A DNA stretch of 64,000 nucleotides, taken from assembly GCA_964574445.1 (NCBI GenBank), contig CAZNNQ010000006.1, forward strand, positions 1,322 through 65,321, read 5' to 3'. The position numbers and the translations under genes are program-made. Source of the stretch: an uncultured Eubacteriales bacterium (lineage in GTDB: Bacteria > Bacillota > Peptococcia > Peptococcales > SKKY01). The notes beneath the pieces were generated by a model that was not told the origin of the DNA, searched no databases, and worked only from the letters and a program-made list of their open reading frames with translations. How positions within the stretch are numbered: position 1 is the first letter of the stretch; the number at the start of each line of letters is the position of its first letter. Shown one piece after another: positions 59,012 through 64,000 of this stretch.

Positions 59012-59482
59012 CTACCTTGTCAGAGAAAATTTTTCTAAAATCGCTTCTTCTCTAGAACGCATTTCTTTTTTTTCGTCTTCTTCAAGATGATCATGACCCA
59101 ATAGATGTAGCATACCATGAACGAAAAGATACATTAACTCTCTTCTAAAACTATGTCCAAATTCCTTACTTTGTTCATCTACTCTTTCTAAGGAAATAAC
59201 AATATCACCGAGAAGGATCTGCTCAAGTTGTGTACCATTTTTTAAATTATCTAATTCATCCTCTTCATATATAGGAAAAGACAATACATCTGTTACTGAA
59301 TCAATTTTACGATATTCTTTATTTAATTCTTTAATCTCTTCATTATTAGTTAGAGTAAGGCTAACTTCTACGGAGGAAGGCAAATTTTCTGCCCTAATCA
59401 TCTCTGAAAAGATTTTTTCAATAATCTTAAAATCTTCCTCTGTTAAGTTAATCTTTTCCTGTTCATTGTTGATCTTTATCAT
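59012..59482 (-). CDS. ybeY: rRNA maturation endoribonuclease YbeY
   Basis: The ORF contains the HGMLHLLGHDH zinc motif. The start is ambiguous; the alternative is 59494. Confidence 0.9.
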   Translation of the reverse strand: MIKINNEQEKINLTEEDFKIIEKIFSEMIRAENLPSSVEVSLTLTNNEEIKELNKEYRKIDSVTDVLSFPIYEEDELDNLKNGTQLEQILLGDIVISLERVDEQSKEFGHSFRRELMYLFVHGMLHLLGHDHLEEDEKKEMRSREEAILEKFSLTR

Positions 59483-61613
59483 TGTTATTACCATCCTGAA
59501 CTTTTTTCATTTCTTTTAATACACCCTCTGGATATTCAATTCTAGTATGATAAATTCCTTGAAGAATTTTTACAAAAGTCTTAATTATCATTTCAATTTC
59601 TTTCATTGTTAATTCACTTTCATCAAGTTGGCCATCGTAGAGCTTATCCTTCACTATATTTCTAACCATATTATCAATTTTAATTGGGTTTATGTCTTTT
59701 ATTGATTTTACTGCAGCTTCAACACTATCAGCTAACATTAATATCGCTGTCTCTTTTGTATTAGGTTTTGGGCCTTCATATCTAAAATCATCTCCTGAAA
59801 CATCAGGATTAATCTCCTTTGCCTTATGAAAGAAAAAATTCATTAAACTAGTTCCATGATGCATTGGTATAAAATCTAAGATTTTCTGAGGTAACTTATA
59901 TTTTTTACCAAGTTCAACCCCTTCTTTAACATGTGCTTGAAGAACAATAACACTAAGGCTAGGATTTAATTTTTCATGAGGGTTCTCACCTACTTGATTT
60001 TCTACATAAAAAAACGGTCTTTTTAACTTCCCAATATCATGATATGCCGCTCCAACTCTTACTAAAACGGAGTTAGCACCAATAGCTTCTGCAGCTCCTT
60101 CAGCCAGGTTTCCTAGGATAATAGAGTGATGATATGTCCCAGGAGCTTCAGTGATAAGTTTTTTAAGTAATGGATGGTTCGGATTAAATAGCTCTAATAG
60201 TTTTATTATTGTTGTTTTATTAAACAAATCTTCCAAATAAGGTAGTATTCCTATTGTTAACACGGTAGCCAGAAATCCATTTATAGCACCAAAGGCTAAT
60301 GCAGTAAGATAGAATGTATAACCTTCATTTACAGTAAGGAGCCATGCAGCAATGCTCAAGCAATTTGCAAGGGAAATAAAGAATCCTGCTTTTATAAGAT
60401 CTCCTCTTTGGTTAATTTTAGCAACTAGATATATCCCTATATAACTACCAATAAATGAAGTGTATACATAGGCCATATCTTCAGTAATAAGCCCTATGTA
60501 AATACTTATTATTGCAGCTGAAATATAAGCCAGTTTATCATCAAGAAGAATTGCAATCATCATTGCAATTGCAGCTGAAGGTATTAAAAAACTAACCAGT
60601 GGTGCAAAAATACTTGTGGAATAACCCTGAATAGTTATAAAGATCTTAACTAATATTAAGGCCATATAAAACAATACCATGAGTAGTAGTATGTTTTTAT
60701 CTTTTCTATACATTTCTGGCCTATAATTTTTAAGAAAAAGTGAAACCAATAGTATAAATAGTAAAGTATATAAAACTATACTTAATATAATTCCTGGAAT
60801 ATTTTCCTCATCGGAATAACCTAACCAGTTAATAATTTCAATTTGTCTAGAAGTTAATACCTCACCTTTGCTAACAATTCTTTCATTCTTTTGAACTACA
60901 ATTCTAACAGGGTCAACTTTTTCCAGTTCTTCAGCAACCTCTTTTGCTGTTGCCTCTTCATCTGGAATCAGATTTGGAACCATATTTACAGTATTCATCA
61001 AATTTGTAGTAAACTTCTTGTAAACTGGATTTATATCTAGAAGCTCTATATCAGATTTAATTTTTTCCATTGTAAATAATATATTCTCATTATTTACTCC
61101 ACCGGCAAAATTATTTCTGATTATTACTTCTAGTCTTCCCTTCAGAGCATCAATTTGAGACTCGGAAGTTTCGCTTAGGGTTTCAACATCAATAAGTGTG
61201 AAATTAAATCCTAGTCCTGAAAGAATATTAACTTTTTGATTAAGTAAAATATCCTTATCATAAATTATTTGCTTTATTTTATCTGTCATATTATTAAGTT
61301 GAGATTGAAATTCTTCTACAACAGATGGTTCAAGTCTATAAACTGTCTTCACTTTAGAAGCAACTTCTGCTTTTTTTATTTCTGTTGCTTCTTCGTCAAC
61401 AAAAGAAAGATATCTATCCGCTTCTATTGTAACTGGAGACACATCTCCTTCTGCTAAATCTACTACATTAGGTATCATGCTTCCAGAAATTAAAGCTACA
61501 ACCATAATAGTAAAAATAGTCACATATAGCGCTCTGCGATAGACATTATTATTTTCAAAAAACTTATAAACCCTATTTCTTTTTATTCTTTTCAAAAGAC
61601 TCATAGATACCAC
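59463..61613 (-). CDS. pgpH: 7TM-receptor HD-domain phosphohydrolase (PgpH/YqfF-like, c-di-AMP phosphodiesterase family)
   Basis: The 716-aa ORF has an extracellular N-terminal domain, 7 TM segments and a C-terminal HD domain (HHSIILGNLAE...YHDIGK). Confidence 0.85.
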   Translation of the reverse strand: MVSMSLLKRIKRNRVYKFFENNNVYRRALYVTIFTIMVVALISGSMIPNVVDLAEGDVSPVTIEADRYLSFVDEEATEIKKAEVASKVKTVYRLEPSVVEEFQSQLNNMTDKIKQIIYDKDILLNQKVNILSGLGFNFTLIDVETLSETSESQIDALKGRLEVIIRNNFAGGVNNENILFTMEKIKSDIELLDINPVYKKFTTNLMNTVNMVPNLIPDEEATAKEVAEELEKVDPVRIVVQKNERIVSKGEVLTSRQIEIINWLGYSDEENIPGIILSIVLYTLLFILLVSLFLKNYRPEMYRKDKNILLLMVLFYMALILVKIFITIQGYSTSIFAPLVSFLIPSAAIAMMIAILLDDKLAYISAAIISIYIGLITEDMAYVYTSFIGSYIGIYLVAKINQRGDLIKAGFFISLANCLSIAAWLLTVNEGYTFYLTALAFGAINGFLATVLTIGILPYLEDLFNKTTIIKLLELFNPNHPLLKKLITEAPGTYHHSIILGNLAEGAAEAIGANSVLVRVGAAYHDIGKLKRPFFYVENQVGENPHEKLNPSLSVIVLQAHVKEGVELGKKYKLPQKILDFIPMHHGTSLMNFFFHKAKEINPDVSGDDFRYEGPKPNTKETAILMLADSVEAAVKSIKDINPIKIDNMVRNIVKDKLYDGQLDESELTMKEIEMIIKTFVKILQGIYHTRIEYPEGVLKEMKKVQDGNNNDKDQQ

Positions 61614-61618
61614 TCTTT

Positions 61619-62581
61619 TTAATTAGATTTATAGTACTTATCATAAGCTTCAATAATCTTCCTTACCACTTTGTGTCTTACCACATCTGTACTTTTTAAG
61701 AAAGAAAATCCAACCTCATTTATATCTTTTAAAATTTTTTGAATAAGTATCAAACCCGATTCTGAGTTTTTGGGTAAATCGACTTGCGTAACATCTCCAG
61801 TAACTACAACCTTCGAATTTAAACCAATTCTTGTTAAAAACATTTTCATCTGTTCAGGAGTTGTATTCTGTGCTTCATCAAGAATAATGAAACAATCTTC
61901 AAGCGTACGCCCTCTCATGTATGCCAAGGGTGCTATTTCAATTATACCTTTTTCAATATATTTTAATGCAAGGTCCAAACCTAATACATCATAAAGTCCG
62001 TCATAAAGTGGTCTCAAATATGGATCTATTTTTTCCTGAAGATCTCCAGGTAAGAAACCAAGCTTTTCCCCAGCCTCAACAGCAGGTCTAGTTAAAACTA
62101 TTCTAGAAACTTTCTTTTCCCTAAGATATTTTACTGCCATAACCACTGCTAGATAAGTTTTACCTGTTCCAGCAGGTCCAATTCCAAAAACAACATCTTT
62201 TTCCTTTATTTTTTCTATATATTCATACTGTCCTTTTGTTTTAGCCATTATTTTTTTGCCCCGGACTGTCATGTATATTACTTCTTTTAAAAGATTAGAA
62301 ATTTCTTGATTTTCTTCTTTCATTATAATTGCATAATCTATATCAGTAAGGGAGATTACCCTATTATTTTCAACTAAATTTATCAAATGTTTAAAAATTC
62401 TATCTGCTAACTCAACATCTTCTTTTTCGCCACTAATGATTATCTGATTACTTTTTGCCACTATCTCTACAGGAACATTTTCTTTAACTATATTTAAGTA
62501 TTCATCATTTGTGCCATAAAGCATTTGAGCAATTTGATTATTACTCAAATTTATAATCTTTTCCTGTTGTTGCAAATTCAA
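61619..62581 (-). CDS. phoH: PhoH-family ATPase (YbeZ-like)
   Basis: The 320-aa ORF contains GPAGTGKTY and the DEAQN box. It appears to start at TTG; an alternative TTG lies 6 nt downstream. Confidence 0.9.
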   Translation of the reverse strand: MNLQQQEKIINLSNNQIAQMLYGTNDEYLNIVKENVPVEIVAKSNQIIISGEKEDVELADRIFKHLINLVENNRVISLTDIDYAIIMKEENQEISNLLKEVIYMTVRGKKIMAKTKGQYEYIEKIKEKDVVFGIGPAGTGKTYLAVVMAVKYLREKKVSRIVLTRPAVEAGEKLGFLPGDLQEKIDPYLRPLYDGLYDVLGLDLALKYIEKGIIEIAPLAYMRGRTLEDCFIILDEAQNTTPEQMKMFLTRIGLNSKVVVTGDVTQVDLPKNSESGLILIQKILKDINEVGFSFLKSTDVVRHKVVRKIIEAYDKYYKSN

Positions 62582-62591
62582 TCCCCCTCTG

Positions 62592-62624
62592 AAAAAAAGT
62601 GCCTTTTATATGAAAAAGGCACTT
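62592..62624 (-). terminator. intrinsic terminator upstream of phoH (ends the floA-side transcription unit)
   Basis: The minus strand reads AGTGCCTTTT-tcata-AAAAGGCACT followed by T7. Confidence 0.85.
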
Positions 62625-62634
62625 ATGACTGATA

Positions 62635-62820
62635 TTATAATAAATTTTTCATCGTTATTACAAAATATACTGTTACTATAACTAGAATTATTCCCAATAC
62701 TGAATTAAAAATATTGAGAAGTTTTTTATCTATAATTATTTTGTTAAAAATGAAGCCTGTTATTACCCCGATTGAAATAATAACTACCCAACCAGCAAAT
62801 AGTAGGAACAATTCTCTCAC
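62635..62820 (-). CDS. small two-TM membrane protein, function unknown
   Basis: The 61-aa hydrophobic ORF overlaps the upstream ORF by 4 nt and is followed by a strong terminator. Confidence 0.45.
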   Translation of the reverse strand: MRELFLLFAGWVVIISIGVITGFIFNKIIIDKKLLNIFNSVLGIILVIVTVYFVITMKNLL

Positions 62821-63275
62821 CTTCTGTAGGGCATGCCAATTCTTTTAGAAACTGGTTTACCTATAATTTCAGAATAAACTATCGCCTTTTTTAAACTCTT
62901 TCGGTCTAATTGATAGTCGGATCCCTCATTATTATAGTATATTTCCTCTTTTTTTTCATCTATTACTTTATTGATTTTTGTTATTGGCTCTGGCTTTATT
63001 TCATTTTCAGAAGAAACTATTTCTTGAATTGGCCTTAGTTTCTTTTTTTTCTTTACGGGTTCTTGAGAAAGTTCTTCTAATTTTTTAATTTGCTCCAGTG
63101 CTTCTTCGAGAAATGTTTTTTTCTTTTTTGTCTTTTTTCTTTTTTCAATTATAACAGCAGGAGTTTCTTTCTCGGGATCTTTCTTTTTTTTCCCGGGAAA
63201 GGCTCCTGAAATTAGCTTAAAAATGAAAATATAGAAAGCAATATTAAAAAACGTCGCAATTAAATCTTCCATCAT
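62817..63275 (-). CDS. membrane-anchored lysine-rich protein, function unknown (floA-associated)
   Basis: The 152-aa ORF has one N-terminal TM segment followed by K/E-rich low-complexity sequence. Its start overlaps the floA stop (ATGA). Confidence 0.55.
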   Translation of the reverse strand: MMEDLIATFFNIAFYIFIFKLISGAFPGKKKKDPEKETPAVIIEKRKKTKKKKTFLEEALEQIKKLEELSQEPVKKKKKLRPIQEIVSSENEIKPEPITKINKVIDEKKEEIYYNNEGSDYQLDRKSLKKAIVYSEIIGKPVSKRIGMPYRR

Positions 63276-64000
63276 TTATCCTCTTTAGAAATATTTTCTC
63301 TCATTGTGGTATCTGCTATAACATTCTGCATATTATAATAATCCATAACACCTAGTTTCCCAGATTTGAATGCTTCTGCAATTCCAATAGGAACTTGAGC
63401 TTCTGCTTCTACTACTTTTGCTCTCATTTCTTGTACTCTTGCTTTCATTTCTTGTTCTTCAGCAACAGCCATTGCTCTTCTTTCTTCAGCTTTTGCTTGA
63501 GCAATATTTTTATCAGCTTCTGCCTGATCAGTTTGTAATTCTGCACCAATGTTTTTACCAACATCAACATCAGCGATATCAATCGAAAGTATTTCAAATG
63601 CTGTTCCTGAGTCCAATCCTTTGCTAAGCACTGTTTTGGATATACTATCTGGATTTTCTAATACATCTTTGTGTGATTCTGCACTACCTATAGTAGAAAC
63701 AATACCTTCACCAACTCTGGCAATAATGGTTTCTTCTCCAGCTCCACCAACAAGTCTGTCAATGTTTGCTCTAACAGTAACTCTAGCAGTTGCCTTTACC
63801 TGAATACCATTTTTTGCCATTGCTGCAACTACTGGAGTCTCAATTACTTTTGGAGTAACACTTAATGTAACGGCTTCCCTTACATCTCTTCCCGCTAAGT
63901 CAATAGCAGCTGCTTTTGAGAAATTTAAGTTTATACCAGCTCTTTGTGCCATAATTAGAGCATCTACAACTTTATCAACATTACCACCAGCAAGATAATG
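63272..64000 (-). CDS. floA: flotillin-like protein FloA (YqfA family); 3' portion, runs off the window end
   Basis: The frame stays open to position 64000 (...[26 protein letters not shown]...). The A/E-rich C-terminal coiled region is typical of FloA. Confidence 0.85.
   Translation of the reverse strand, partial: HYLAGGNVDKVVDALIMAQRAGINLNFSKAAAIDLAGRDVREAVTLSVTPKVIETPVVAAMAKNGIQVKATARVTVRANIDRLVGGAGEETIIARVGEGIVSTIGSAESHKDVLENPDSISKTVLSKGLDSGTAFEILSIDIADVDVGKNIGAELQTDQAEADKNIAQAKAEERRAMAVAEEQEMKARVQEMRAKVVEAEAQVPIGIAEAFKSGKLGVMDYYNMQNVIADTTMRENISKEDK

Noticed and set aside
63418-63803. Plus-strand ORFs (69 and 84 aa) opposite floA
   Set aside because: They are antisense to the A/E-rich coiled-coil coding region of floA, which gives open L/Q/S-rich frames by composition alone.
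1-64000. CRISPR arrays, transposases/IS elements, integrases, prophage or defence-island genes, tRNA/rRNA genes
   Set aside because: Reading all intergenic gaps over 40 bp and all ORFs of at least 60 aa turned up no repeat-spacer pattern. I found no recombinase-like or transposase-like protein and no tRNA cloverleaf or rRNA segment. This is a by-eye assessment only and was not made with tRNAscan or Infernal.

Overview
This is a low-GC Firmicutes-type chromosomal segment (Clostridia/Tissierellia-like gene order). It is almost fully coding, and about 85% of the genes lie on the minus strand. Most of it is conserved housekeeping synteny: floA-phoH-pgpH-ybeY-dgkA-cdd-era ... recO-glyQS, and yicC-gmk-rpoZ-coaBC-priA-def-fmt-DUF116-rsmB-rlmN-stp-prkC-rsgA-rpe. 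Anaerobic central-metabolism genes are interspersed: methylmalonyl-CoA mutase with a CoA-transferase, pflB-pflA, serA, a split sdaAA/sdaAB pair, a two-subunit 2-oxoacid:ferredoxin oxidoreductase, and dapF-dapL. A small accessory stretch at about 41.5-49 kb carries PPK2, a DUF6544-like gene, GntR+DUF1648, a cyclase, and LysR+MFS+tautomerase. I saw no rRNA, tRNA, CRISPR array, transposase or phage genes. Three cis-regulatory elements can be read directly from the sequence: a ZTP (pfl-motif) riboswitch before pflB, a glycine (GGC) T-box before glyQS, and tandem CtsR operators on the cbpA-like/clpB promoter. Three items deserve a second look. (1) An unclassified promoter-to-terminator RNA unit of about 300 nt lies in the largest non-coding gap, upstream of a lone ECF S-component gene. 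(2) The 2-oxoacid oxidoreductase alpha gene has a conserved N-terminus that can only be translated from an ATT codon. (3) A 142-bp palindrome between rqcH and pflA carries two perfect inverted DnaA-box 9-mers around a bidirectional terminator and supplies the last codons of pflA. All functional calls come from my own reading of the translated ORFs and motifs. No database search was run.
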